Part shown: positions 28,011-37,611 of the stretch, piece by piece
Position numbering within the stretch: the stretch's first letter is position 1
How the letters are laid out: each line of letters opens with the position of its first letter
Assembly (NCBI GenBank): GCA_024697705.1
Contig: JAILFF010000030.1
Span: 1-44,282, forward strand
Source: Ruminococcus sp.
GTDB lineage: Bacteria; Bacillota; Clostridia; Oscillospirales; Ruminococcaceae
Reading direction: 5' to 3'
Length of the DNA: 44,282 nt
The notes under the pieces: generated by a model
Database searches by the model: none
Told to the model about the DNA's origin: nothing
Seen by the model: only the letters and a program-made list of their open reading frames with translations
Program-made: the position numbers and the translations under genes

Positions 28011-28229
28011 ATGACAGTTGTAATAATCATACTGCTTGTCTGCGCGGCGGCGGGGCTTGCCGTTTCAGCCGTGATGACCGTGAAGCTTTTCAAGGGCTTC
28101 ACCGCCGACGAGACCGCGGAGGGCAGGATAAAACGCCTGAAAAAATACCGTATACAAATAATAATTACTTACGTGATAACCGTCGGGCTGATAACCGCGG
28201 CGGCAGTCGTGAAAATGATAAATCGCTGA
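28011..28229 (+). CDS. Small two-TM hypothetical protein between the topoisomerase subunits
   Basis: 72-aa ORF with two hydrophobic helices filling the B-A gap; weak RBS. Confidence 0.55.
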   Translation: MTVVIIILLVCAAAGLAVSAVMTVKLFKGFTADETAEGRIKRLKKYRIQIIITYVITVGLITAAAVVKMINR

Positions 28230-28248
28230 CCGAAAGGTAAGGAAAGTA

Positions 28249-30495
28249 ATGGCAAAGAAACCGACAAACAAAGAACCGAAATTAGATAAAAACAAATTCC
28301 CCGACGCATATATCGCGGGCGGAGGAACGGTGGTCGAGGAGGCTATAACCGACACTCTCGAAAAGAACTATATGCCCTACGCCATGAGCGTTATCGTGTC
28401 GAGAGCGTTCCCCGAGATCGACGGCTTCAAGCCCTCGCACCGCAAGATACTTTACACGATGTACAAAATGGGTCTGCTGAACGGCGCCCGAACCAAGTCT
28501 GCGAATATCGTCGGACAGACCATGAAGCTCAATCCCCACGGCGACCAGGCTATCTACGAAACGATGGTTCGTCTCGCCCGCGGCAACGAGACCCTGCTTC
28601 ACCCCTACGTTGACAGCAAGGGTAACTTCGGCAAGGCTTATTCCCGCGATATGTCCTACGCCGCCTCGCGTTACACCGAAGCGAAGCTTGCGCCCATCTG
28701 TGCCGAGCTTTTTAACGACATCGACAAGGACACCGTGGATTTCGTGCCGAACTACGACAACGAGATGATGGAGCCGACGCTCCTGCCCGCGGCTTTCCCC
28801 TCGATACTCGTAAACGCGAACGTGGGTATCGGCGTTTCGATGGCTTCTTCGGTGTGCTCGTTCAATTTGCAGGAGATCTGCGAGACGGCTGTCAATCTCA
28901 TGAAAGACCCCGAATGTGACCTGCTCGACACGCTGAAAGGTCCCGACTTCGCGGGCGGCGGGCTGATGCTCTACGACGAGGACACGCTGAACGAGGTCTA
29001 CCGCACGGGGCGCGGCTCGATAAAGCTTCGCGCAAAGTGGGAGTACGACAAGCCGAACAACGCGATAATCGTTACAGAAATTCCCGCGACCACGACCGTC
29101 GAGGTCATCATCGAAAAGATAATCGCGGGCGTTAAGGCGGGCAAGCTGCGCGAGATATCGAACGTCCGCGACGACACCGACCTTTCGGGTCTGACCATAA
29201 CCATCGACCTGAAAAAGGGCAGCGACCCCGACAAGGTGATGCAGCGGCTCTTCCGCATGACCCCCTTGCAGGACGCTTACGCCTGCAATTTCAATATCCT
29301 CGTACACGGCTATCCGAAGGTAATGGGCGTGCGCGAGATACTCGACGAGTGGATAAAATTCCGCGTTGACTGCGTTCGCCGCCGCACCAATTTCGACCTT
29401 GCGAAAAAGCGCGAAAAGCTGCACTTGCTCGAAGGTCTCGAAAAGATACTGCTCGACATCGACAAGGCGGTGAAGATCGTCCGCGAGACCGAGGAGGAAG
29501 CCGACGTCGTGCCTAACCTGATGATAGGCTTCGGCATCGACGAGATTCAGGCGGAGTACGTAGCGGAGATAAAGCTCAGACACTTAAACCGCGAGTACAT
29601 CTTAAAGCGCACAAAGGACATCGAAGACCTGAAAGCCGAGATAGCCGCGCTTACGGAGATAGCCGAAAGCGACAAGAAGATCAAGGCGGTCATCGCCAAC
29701 GAGCTTAAGGACATCATCAAGAAGTACGCGCAGCCGCGCCGCACGCAGTTCTTCTACGCTTCGGACATAGTTGAGCCCGACGAGGACGACGAAACGCCCG
29801 ACTTCCCGTGTACGCTGTTTGTCACCGAGAGCGGCTATTTCAAGAAGATACTGCCGAACAGTCTGCGCATGGCAAGCGAGCAGAAGCTCAAAGAGGGCGA
29901 CCGCGTTTCGCAGGAGATCGAGACCACCAACCGTGCCGAGCTGCTGTTCTTTACGACGGGCGGCAACTGCTACAAATCGCGTGTTTCTGCTTTTGCGGAG
30001 ACGAAAGCGAGCGTTATGGGCGACTTTATCCCCGCGAAGCTGGGCTTTGACGAGGGCGAGGAGCTTGTGGCTGTCGTGAACACGCTCGATTATTCGGGCT
30101 ACATGATATTCGTTTACGCGGGCGGAAAGGCTGCCAAAGTTCCGCTTAACGCCTACGAAACGAAGACCAACCGCAAGAAGATACTGAACGCGCTTTCGGT
30201 CAAGGACGATATCGTGGCGGCGCTGTTTGTGGCGGAGAACGAGCAGATAATGCTGCGTTCGTCGAACAACCGTGCGATGATCTTCGACACGGCGCTGCTG
30301 CTGCCGAAGACGACGAAGAACACGATAGGCGTGGCGGTATTTTCGCTGAAAGCGAAGGCGGAGGTCATATCGGCGCGTGTGGTAACTGCCGAAGAAGCGG
30401 AAGCGCTGAAAAAGTATTGCTGCAAGACGATACCTTCGGCGGGTACATTGGCAAAGGATCTGCCCGACCCCGATCAGATAGGTATGAAGCTGTAA
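28249..30495 (+). CDS. Type IIA DNA topoisomerase subunit A (GyrA/ParC family, no GyrA-box)
   Basis: YAMSVIVSRAFP..DGFKPSHR, PHGD, GNFG and AASRYTE (catalytic Tyr); shortened CTD without QxRGGxG. Confidence 0.92.
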   Translation: MAKKPTNKEPKLDKNKFPDAYIAGGGTVVEEAITDTLEKNYMPYAMSVIVSRAFPEIDGFKPSHRKILYTMYKMGLLNGARTKSANIVGQTMKLNPHGDQAIYETMVRLARGNETLLHPYVDSKGNFGKAYSRDMSYAASRYTEAKLAPICAELFNDIDKDTVDFVPNYDNEMMEPTLLPAAFPSILVNANVGIGVSMASSVCSFNLQEICETAVNLMKDPECDLLDTLKGPDFAGGGLMLYDEDTLNEVYRTGRGSIKLRAKWEYDKPNNAIIVTEIPATTTVEVIIEKIIAGVKAGKLREISNVRDDTDLSGLTITIDLKKGSDPDKVMQRLFRMTPLQDAYACNFNILVHGYPKVMGVREILDEWIKFRVDCVRRRTNFDLAKKREKLHLLEGLEKILLDIDKAVKIVRETEEEADVVPNLMIGFGIDEIQAEYVAEIKLRHLNREYILKRTKDIEDLKAEIAALTEIAESDKKIKAVIANELKDIIKKYAQPRRTQFFYASDIVEPDEDDETPDFPCTLFVTESGYFKKILPNSLRMASEQKLKEGDRVSQEIETTNRAELLFFTTGGNCYKSRVSAFAETKASVMGDFIPAKLGFDEGEELVAVVNTLDYSGYMIFVYAGGKAAKVPLNAYETKTNRKKILNALSVKDDIVAALFVAENEQIMLRSSNNRAMIFDTALLLPKTTKNTIGVAVFSLKAKAEVISARVVTAEEAEALKKYCCKTIPSAGTLAKDLPDPDQIGMKL

Positions 30496-30500
30496 AAAAG

Positions 30501-30528
30501 AGCCCCGTTCACGCGAACGGGGTTTTTA
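30501..30528 (+). terminator. Rho-independent terminator
   Basis: GCCCCGTTC-ACGC-GAACGGGGT followed by TTTT. Confidence 0.8.
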
Positions 30529-30700
30529 TATAAGATAAAAAGATAAGAGATAAAAGATAAAAAGATATCGCAAAGCCTGCCGTTAAAATAAAGCACGGCT
30601 ATCTGCGCAAGCGTATAGCTCTGTAAGTCTGTACGGAAACAAGTGAATTGCCGATTTTATATTAGACCTGTCCACTAACCTTATCGAACCACAAGATATT

Positions 30701-30801
30701 GTAGGGTCGCTGCACGAACTTAGTTCGTGCCATTGCCACGAGCTGTCCTGCCAAATTATTGTTCCAACCGTGTGACAGGCGGGAGCAAGCCCCCGCCCTA
30801 C
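30701..30801. repeat. REP doublet (GTAG...CTAC)
   Basis: GTAGGGTCGC... and GGCGGGAGCAAGCCCCCGCCCTAC in inverted orientation, with a GCACGAAC palindrome nested inside. Confidence 0.65.
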
Positions 30802-30975
30802 GTCCGAATGAGGAAAAATACGCAGTAAAACCGCACAGTCAAGACAGTTTGTAACCATTTGTAATCAAAATGTAATTGAAATTATTTACAAAATATCGTA
30901 TAATTTATATATAATAATTGTACAATGGGGCAATATTGCCGTGGAAACATAGTGAATATGATTGGGGGAGAGAAT

Positions 30976-31671
30976 ATGAATAAATACAGAGCAATAGCAA
31001 TAGAAAGACAGTATTGCAGCGGCGGCAGAGAGATCGCAAAGCTGCTGGCGGAAAAGCTGGGTTTTGCCTGCTACGACAAGGAACTCGCCGAAATGACCGC
31101 GAAGGAACTGGGGATTCCCTATGAGCAGATCGTGAAGTACGAGGAACTGCCGAGCCCCGTGACTTTCCAGCTTTCGTTCAAAAAGGGCGTTGACCGCAGC
31201 AGGAATATGCACGAGGCGGTCTTCGAGGTGCAGGCGGAAATAATCACCAAGCTTGTGCAGAAGGAGCCCTGCATTATCGTCGGACGGTGCGCCGATTATA
31301 TCTTAAGAAACAATGTTCCGACGCTGACGGTCTTCGTTTATGCGACGCACGAAAGCCGCTTGCAGCACGCGATGGACTGCCACGCCCTGACCTACGAGGA
31401 GGCTCAGTACGCCATCAAGCGCATGGATAAAAAACGCGCCGAGTATTACAGGCTCAACACGCGCAAGGAATGGGACTCCATGACGGGGTACGACCTCTGC
31501 ATAAACAGCGGCAGACTGGGGCTTGACGGCGCAGCGCGGCTGATCGCGGATTATGTCAGCGGCTCCGTGAAGAAGGAGGACAGCGCTCTTGCGGCGTTTT
31601 TGCCCGACCCGCCGCCCGGTACGATACCCGCCTCCGCAGCTAAGTCTTCCGATGAAGAAGAAGAGGGATAA
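30976..31671 (+). CDS. Cytidylate-kinase-like family protein
   Basis: IAIERQYCSGGREIA, CIIVGRCADYIL, D..RA.YY and YDLCINS motifs; GGGAG RBS before ATG 30976. Confidence 0.85.
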   Translation: MNKYRAIAIERQYCSGGREIAKLLAEKLGFACYDKELAEMTAKELGIPYEQIVKYEELPSPVTFQLSFKKGVDRSRNMHEAVFEVQAEIITKLVQKEPCIIVGRCADYILRNNVPTLTVFVYATHESRLQHAMDCHALTYEEAQYAIKRMDKKRAEYYRLNTRKEWDSMTGYDLCINSGRLGLDGAARLIADYVSGSVKKEDSALAAFLPDPPPGTIPASAAKSSDEEEEG

Positions 31672-31728
31672 GCCTGCTGTCTTTTGTACGGTCAAAATGA
31701 CACATTTCGCCGCCGCTGACGAGCTTCA

Positions 31729-31907
31729 CGGAAATCAATTTTCAAAAATCGCATAACGATATTTGTGAATTTTGTAGGGGCGCTCCGCACGAACCACGGC
31801 TCGTGCCCGTGAGCGCCCGCAAACTGCGCCTTTTGACCAAAAAAATGGGCGCACACATAGGTGCGCCCCTACAAGACTACCAACATATGGAGCAAAATTG
31901 ATTTCCG
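31729..31907. mobile_element. MITE-like element with 14-bp terminal inverted repeats containing a REP doublet
   Basis: CGGAAATCAATTTT (31729-31742) and AAAATTGATTTCCG (31894-31907); internal GTAGGGGCGC...GCGCCCCTAC. Confidence 0.5.
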
Positions 31908-31995
31908 CTGACGAGGTTTATCGGCAGTTGACACCGCGCCGCGGGAGTGTTATAATAGGTATGACCCGTATCTGACGAAATTGGAGGTAGAAAAG

Positions 31996-32952
31996 GTGAA
32001 ATGCCCTAAATGCGGCAGCAGGATTTTGCTGAAAAAAGGCGATAAATGCCCGAAATGCGGCGAACCGCTCGCCAATGAAAAGGATAACGATAAAGACAAA
32101 ACAGATAAGAAAGACGGACACCGTCAGCTGCTCCCGCTTGTTAAGCTGAAAAAAGACAGCGGCGAGGACAAAGAGCGCCGCGAAAAGCCCGTGCGGGAGA
32201 AAACGGACACGCGGGAGAGATCGTCGGGAAAAGACAATAAGGACAGCCGCAAAAAGCTCGAAAGCCGCAAAAAGGACAAGATCATCGAGGTCAAGACTGA
32301 CGACGATAAGCCTTCGGCCGCGAGGACGATCAGTCTTAAGGCGTTAGCGATGATCGCCGCCGCCGTTTTGCTGACGGTGCTGATCCTTATACTGGTGCTG
32401 AATTACCGCTCGGCGGAGGGCGAAAGGTACGCCGAAAGCGCCTGCGACTACATCGGCAAGAACGTCCGCGACCTTAACGACGCCATGACGGGCAAGGTGT
32501 ATTATGCCGACAGCTCGAAATTCGCGGGCGTGAACAACGCGGTGAGGTTCGACGCCATCGCCGAAAGCGGCAAGTCCGTGAAGGCGGGCGGCGTGAAGTA
32601 TCCGCAGTGGGCTGTCACCGTGAAAAACGACAAGAACGGCGGATTCATAAGCGACGTTATCTACACTGATTTTTCCGTGGTAAAGGGCGATATGCGCGGC
32701 ATCAGGACGGACGGGCTCATCGACCTGGACAAGTTCAGCGAGGGCGAGAAGAAGAGCAGTGTTCTGCGCGAGATAAAGCCGCGTCCGTACAGTATAAGCT
32801 GTTCGCAGACGGGGATAATCGTGTACACATACAAATACTGGTATAAGCTTGACAACGGTGACGAGCAGGCGGCGATATTGCGCGTGGGATTTTCGGAGAA
32901 GGGCGATTATAAATACTCCGCGACGGAGCTTATTATCCCGCCGAATATGTGA
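31996..32952 (+). CDS. Zinc-ribbon, single-TM membrane protein with extracellular domain
   Basis: CPKC..CPKC, charged linker, one TM helix; GGAGG RBS before GTG 31996; promoter TTGACA-17-TATAAT at 31928-31956. Confidence 0.75.
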   Translation: MKCPKCGSRILLKKGDKCPKCGEPLANEKDNDKDKTDKKDGHRQLLPLVKLKKDSGEDKERREKPVREKTDTRERSSGKDNKDSRKKLESRKKDKIIEVKTDDDKPSAARTISLKALAMIAAAVLLTVLILILVLNYRSAEGERYAESACDYIGKNVRDLNDAMTGKVYYADSSKFAGVNNAVRFDAIAESGKSVKAGGVKYPQWAVTVKNDKNGGFISDVIYTDFSVVKGDMRGIRTDGLIDLDKFSEGEKKSSVLREIKPRPYSISCSQTGIIVYTYKYWYKLDNGDEQAAILRVGFSEKGDYKYSATELIIPPNM

Positions 32953-33067
32953 GCAAGCAGCGCAAAATCAAGATTTCCGCATACTCTTGGAAAAATAATT
33001 GACTCCTCTAATGCCATGTGCAAAAATACTATTAATATCGGGCAAGCAAAGCTTTCGGAGGAACATC

Positions 33068-33556
33068 ATGCTTATAGTAAATACAAAAAAGCGGCATTTC
33101 AAGAGCAAAAAGGAAAGCGCCCTTTCCGACGCGCTGATTATGCTCGTTCTGATGGCGGGGGCTGTGCTTCTGTTCGTTGTGATGTGCATATCCCGCAGGG
33201 CGAACATTGCGGAAGAACTGCGCGGTCTGCAAATATACGACCCCGCGGTGCTGATATTCCTGTTTATGGCGATTTACGCCGTATTTTCCGTGATAAAACA
33301 CTTCATATACAAAATGAACGTCAGGACGATACTCGAAAAGGGCACGAAGTGGCAGGGTACTATAACCGGCACAACGACAAATGTGCTTCCCGGCAGACCG
33401 TCGGGGAGCAAATGGTACATTTACACGGTATCGGACGAAAACGGCAGAACGGTGCAGACAGACCGTTATATCTCGGATCATGTTGATAAATTCAGACTGA
33501 AAATATGCACCGTGTATGAGTATAAAAACAGGTTTTACTTTACGGATTTTCTGTAA
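33068..33556 (+). CDS. Hypothetical membrane protein (2 TM + small beta domain)
   Basis: GGAGG RBS before ATG 33068; two hydrophobic helices. Confidence 0.65.
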   Translation: MLIVNTKKRHFKSKKESALSDALIMLVLMAGAVLLFVVMCISRRANIAEELRGLQIYDPAVLIFLFMAIYAVFSVIKHFIYKMNVRTILEKGTKWQGTITGTTTNVLPGRPSGSKWYIYTVSDENGRTVQTDRYISDHVDKFRLKICTVYEYKNRFYFTDFL

Positions 33557-33687
33557 AAATCCTTGTCATTAAGTTAAGCATTTTCTGTGCAGAGGCGCAC
33601 CTTCGGGTGCGCTTTTGCGTATTTTGGAATATAATTTTTTGTTTTTGCATAGAATAGATCACAAGTTTGTGGTTATGGGGTGATCTT

Positions 33688-34092
33688 ATGCGCAGCAGAA
33701 GAAATATTTCGGCGGGCGGATTTCTCGGCGCGGCTGCCGCAGCGGTCTGCGGGTCGGCGGCGGTCTTCGTGCTGATACTGATTTTCGGCTTCATCATGAC
33801 GAGGATTGATATCGGCGACGGCGTGCTTTCGGTGCTTACTTCGGCGGCACTCTGCGTCGGAGCTTACTTCGGCGGGTATGTCGCCGCGAGAAAACGCCGT
33901 CAGAGCGGTCTGCTGATGGGTACGCTCTCGGGACTTATGATGTTCGGCGTTATCTTCGCGGGCTCGTACTTTTTCGCGGGAACGGCGGGCGGCTTTTCGG
34001 GCTCGGCAAAGCTCGTTATGACACTCGTCTGCGGAGCGGTCGGCGGCATCGTCGGGGTGAATTCCAAAAGCAATTGGTTCAGATTAAAATAA
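33688..34092 (+). CDS. TIGR04086-like membrane protein
   Basis: Four-TM Gly/Ala-rich protein with ARKRRQSGLLMG and GGIVGVN motifs; sits upstream of SCIFF, a known context for this family. Confidence 0.75.
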   Translation: MRSRRNISAGGFLGAAAAAVCGSAAVFVLILIFGFIMTRIDIGDGVLSVLTSAALCVGAYFGGYVAARKRRQSGLLMGTLSGLMMFGVIFAGSYFFAGTAGGFSGSAKLVMTLVCGAVGGIVGVNSKSNWFRLK

Positions 34093-34178
34093 TTTTATCA
34101 GCCGTTCATTTAATATTAATAAATATGCCCGCGAAATATGCTATAATAATATAAATACTTTAATTGGAGGTAATCACC

Positions 34179-34322
34179 ATGAAGCATATCAAGACCATTA
34201 ACAAGGCTAACCTCAAGCAGTCCGCTGCAAAGGGCGGCTGCGGCAAGTGCCAGGCTTCCTGCCAGTCCGCCTGCAAAACTTCCTGCACAGTTGCAAATCA
34301 GAAGTGCGCAAGAGAGGACTAA
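34179..34322 (+). CDS. scfA: Six-cysteine ranthipeptide precursor SCIFF, 47 aa (not in ORF track)
   Basis: MKHIKTINKANLKQSAAKGGCGKCQASCQSACKTSCTVANQKCARED; GGAGG RBS. Confidence 0.95.
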   Translation: MKHIKTINKANLKQSAAKGGCGKCQASCQSACKTSCTVANQKCARED

Positions 34323-34342
34323 TTCGCTGAGCCATTTTCATG

Positions 34343-34377
34343 AAAAGGGACGTTCTCGGAATGTCCCTTTATTTTTT
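34343..34377 (+). terminator. Hairpin/terminator between scfA and scfB
   Basis: AAAGGGAC-loop-GTCCCTTT followed by ATTTTTT. Confidence 0.6.
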
Positions 34378-34391
34378 GGAGGGAAATTTTT

Positions 34392-35762
34392 ATGATACAT
34401 AAATTTAAAAACAGCGGCATGAATATCCTGCTCGACGTAAACAGCGGCGGTGTTCATGTTATCGACGATATGACTTACGATCTGCTCGACTACTGCGAGC
34501 CGCCCCTTGTCGGAGAATGTCCCGCCGCGGCGCTTGCTGCTCTTAAAGACAAGTACCCCGTGGAAGAGCTTGCCGAATGTTGGGACGAGCTTAAATCGCT
34601 CTACGCCGACAAGATACTTTTCTCCGACGATGATTACGAGAAGTACGCCGAGACCTCCGTCGCTTCGCCGATAAAGTCGCTGTGCCTTATCGTCGCGCAG
34701 GACTGCAACCTTCGCTGCGAATACTGCTTCGCGGGCAAGGGCGATTACGGTCAGGGACGTATGCTCATGGACTTCGAGACGGGCAAAAAGGCGATAGATT
34801 TTCTTATGCAGAAATCCGCCAACCGCGAGAACCTTGAAATAGATTTCTTCGGCGGCGAACCGCTCATGAATTTCGAGGTGGTAAAGCAGATCGTCGAATA
34901 CGGCAGAGAGCAGGAAAAGAAATTCGGCAAGCATATCAATTTCACCGTAACGACCAACGGCACGCTGCTCACCGACGATAAGATTCAGTATATCAACGAG
35001 AATATGTACAACGTCGTGCTTTCCGTTGACGGCAGAAAGTCGGTCAACGACCGCATGAGACAGTACCCGAACGGCTCGGGCAGCTATGAAAGCTTTATCG
35101 GCAAATACAAAAAGCTCGTCGAGCTGCGCGGCGATAAGGAATGGTACGTCCGCGGCACTTACACTAAGTACAACCTCGATTTCTCGGAGGACGTTATGAG
35201 CCTTTACGCAGAGGGCTTCGAGCAGATCTCCGTTGAACCCGTCGCTGCCGAGAGCCGCGAGCCTTACGCCATTTCCGAGAGCGATCTTCCGCGCATTTTT
35301 GCCGAGTACGACCGCCTTGCCGACCGCATCAGACAGATAAGGAGCTCGGGCAGATTTATCAATTTCTTCCACTTTATGCTTGACCTCGATCAGGGTCCCT
35401 GCGCGGTGAAGAGACTGCGCGGCTGCGGCTGCGGCAACGAGTACGTGGCTATCTCCACCGACGGAGATATTTACCCCTGCCACCAGTTCGTCGGTCACGA
35501 GGAGTACAAAATGGGCTCGCTGAACGACGGCACGTTCAACACCGACATGAAAAAGGAATTCGCGGGAGCGCACATTTATTCCAAGCCCGACTGCCGCAAA
35601 TGCTGGGCGAGATTCTATTGCAGCGGCGGCTGCAACGCAAACAACTATCTGTACATGGGCGATATCAAAAGCTCGTACAAGGTCGGCTGCGAGATCGAGA
35701 AAAAGCGCGTGGAATGTGCCATCGCCCTTAAAGCCGAAAAGATGCTGGAGATCGCCGAATGA
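34392..35762 (+). CDS. scfB: Thioether cross-link-forming SCIFF peptide maturase (radical SAM/SPASM)
   Basis: CNLRCEYC, FFGGEPL, GCGCGNEY, YPCHQF and CRKCWARFYCSGGC; N-terminal RRE-like region; adjacent to scfA. Confidence 0.95.
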   Translation: MIHKFKNSGMNILLDVNSGGVHVIDDMTYDLLDYCEPPLVGECPAAALAALKDKYPVEELAECWDELKSLYADKILFSDDDYEKYAETSVASPIKSLCLIVAQDCNLRCEYCFAGKGDYGQGRMLMDFETGKKAIDFLMQKSANRENLEIDFFGGEPLMNFEVVKQIVEYGREQEKKFGKHINFTVTTNGTLLTDDKIQYINENMYNVVLSVDGRKSVNDRMRQYPNGSGSYESFIGKYKKLVELRGDKEWYVRGTYTKYNLDFSEDVMSLYAEGFEQISVEPVAAESREPYAISESDLPRIFAEYDRLADRIRQIRSSGRFINFFHFMLDLDQGPCAVKRLRGCGCGNEYVAISTDGDIYPCHQFVGHEEYKMGSLNDGTFNTDMKKEFAGAHIYSKPDCRKCWARFYCSGGCNANNYLYMGDIKSSYKVGCEIEKKRVECAIALKAEKMLEIAE

Positions 35763-36265
35763 ACAGGCTGAATATAGTGCTTGTTGAGCCGCAGATCCCG
35801 CAGAACACGGGGAATATCTCCCGCACCTGTGCGGTGACGGGCGCGGCGCTGCATCTTGTGAAGCCTCTGGGATTCACGATAACCGACAAGCAGCTCAAAC
35901 GTGCCGGGCTCGATTACTGGGACAAGCTGGAGATACACGAGTATGACAGCTTTGACGAGGTGAGACAGGCGAATCCCGAAGGGGAGTTTTACTACTTCAC
36001 GACGAAGGGGCGGACTGTCCACAGCGAGGCGAGGTATCCCGATGACCGACCGGTGTTTATCGTGTTCGGGCGGGAGGATAAAGGCTTGCCCGAGGACTTG
36101 CTTTATGCGAATCCAAACAGTTGTGTGAGGATACCGATGCGTCCGACGCTGAGATCGCTGAATCTGTCTAATTCGGTGGCGATAGCGGCTTATGAAGTGC
36201 TGCGGCAGTGGGATTATCCCGATCTCGGGAGAGAAGGAAAGCTGACGCAGTATACGTGGGAATAA
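35759..36265 (+). CDS. trmL: tRNA (cytidine/uridine(34)-2'-O)-methyltransferase
   Basis: PQIPQNTGNI.RTC, KRAGLDYW, VFGRE.KGL and RSLNLSN SPOUT motifs. Confidence 0.93.
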   Translation: MNRLNIVLVEPQIPQNTGNISRTCAVTGAALHLVKPLGFTITDKQLKRAGLDYWDKLEIHEYDSFDEVRQANPEGEFYYFTTKGRTVHSEARYPDDRPVFIVFGREDKGLPEDLLYANPNSCVRIPMRPTLRSLNLSNSVAIAAYEVLRQWDYPDLGREGKLTQYTWE

Positions 36266-36279
36266 AAGGCAATAACCAC

Positions 36280-36657
36280 AGAAAACAGGGCTGCGGGACA
36301 TAATGCCGGGTCCGGCGCCGGCTCGCGCCGGCGGGGAGTCAAGAGGGGCAGCGCCCCTCTTGCGGGGCATGGGGCAGCGCCCCATATGCGCCGAAGGCGC
36401 ATCAAACGCAAAGCCTGCAAATCAAGCAAAGCCGCGAAAACCCGCAGAAGCGAATAAGTCGGCAAGTCAGCACGGAAACAATGAAATTGCCGATTTTATT
36501 GTGCGAAAGAACAGACCTGAACGAAGTTTGCATGAACAGTGTTCATGCCGACAGGCGATATTTCGCACAACAATAGCGCAAGGCAGGGATTTTCGAGAAG
36601 GTCGGGTTAATTCACGAACGCGGGAAAGAACACGGGCGGCAATGCTCGCCTCTACAT
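36280..36657. repeat. Composite intergenic repeat cluster
   Basis: AGAGGGGCAGCGCCCCTCT and GGGGCAGCGCCCC palindromes; segments shared with 7620-7811; GCATGAAC..GTTCATGC palindrome. Confidence 0.6.
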
Positions 36658-36699
36658 AAATATGATATAATACCGGACAGGCAGGAGGGAAAGGCTGAA

Positions 36700-37440
36700 A
36701 TGGCATATACAGGAACATACATTTTTGCGGAAAGAACGGTGAGGATAACCTCGCTTTTCGAGCGTGTTCACAAATACTGCGCCGATTACCGCTGCGAAGA
36801 TGTACCCTCTCCCGATATAACGGTGAATATCACGGCAGAGGACATCGCGGAGGAACGGGTGAAGCTTTCTTCCGAGCGGGCTGCGGAAGACTATATCGAG
36901 GAGCTTGCCGTTTACCGCGTTATCGCGGAGAATATGCCGCGCTTCGATACCTTTCTTTTCCACGGCTCATGCATCGCCGTTGACGGCAGGGGGTATATTT
37001 TTGCAGCGCCCTCGGGTACGGGAAAATCCACCCACACGGCGCTGTGGCGCAGACTGCTCGGAGACAGGGCGGTCATGGTAAACGACGACAAGCCGCTTAT
37101 CCGCGTTTCGGGCGGCGAGGTCACCGTCTTCGGCACGCCCTATAACGGCAAGCACCGCCTCGGCGAAAATATCTCGGTGCCGCTTGCGGGTATCTGCTGC
37201 CTTGAACGCGCCGCCGAAAATTCCATTCGCCGCGCCGAAAGCGGCGAGCTTTATCCGCTGCTTTTCCGTCAGATGTACCGCCCGTACTCGCCCGAAGCGC
37301 TGGCGGAAACGCTTGTGCTTTTCGATAAGATGCTCGGCTCGGTAAACCTGTTCAGGCTGGGCTGCAATATGGATATCGGCGCGGCGGAAACAGCGTTCGC
37401 GGCGATGTCGGAACGTGCGGAAAGACAGCCGCGATCGTAA
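36700..37440 (+). CDS. HPr-kinase-like P-loop kinase
   Basis: FHGSCI, APSGTGKST (Walker A), VNDDKP and GTPYNG: HprK/PEPCK-type kinase core without the canonical HprK N-domain. Confidence 0.75.
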   Translation: MAYTGTYIFAERTVRITSLFERVHKYCADYRCEDVPSPDITVNITAEDIAEERVKLSSERAAEDYIEELAVYRVIAENMPRFDTFLFHGSCIAVDGRGYIFAAPSGTGKSTHTALWRRLLGDRAVMVNDDKPLIRVSGGEVTVFGTPYNGKHRLGENISVPLAGICCLERAAENSIRRAESGELYPLLFRQMYRPYSPEALAETLVLFDKMLGSVNLFRLGCNMDIGAAETAFAAMSERAERQPRS

Positions 37441-37503
37441 AATATTAAAGCACGTTTTCAGTAACTGTCCAAAAAAATATTGCTTCATTTTGCCGCAGAG
37501 GAC

Positions 37504-37532
37504 TTGACTTTTTTAATTTGCTGTGGTATAAT
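37504..37532 (+). promoter_or_regulatory. sigma70 promoter of the surface protein gene
   Basis: TTGACT-17-TATAAT with extended TGn. Confidence 0.7.
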
Positions 37533-37611
37533 TAAAATGCTAAATTATCTTTTTGCGGGCGAAGTGTTTCCCCGTGGAATCATTGTTGAATATTGAGGGA
37601 GGATAAGATAC

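Noticed and set aside
25997-30495. Calling these genes gyrB/gyrA
   Set aside because: No GyrA-box and no origin-region context; symbols withheld pending phylogeny.
36700-37440. Canonical hprK
   Set aside because: Too short, lacks the N-terminal domain and the full GxSGxGKSE / LIADD / LEIRGLG signature.
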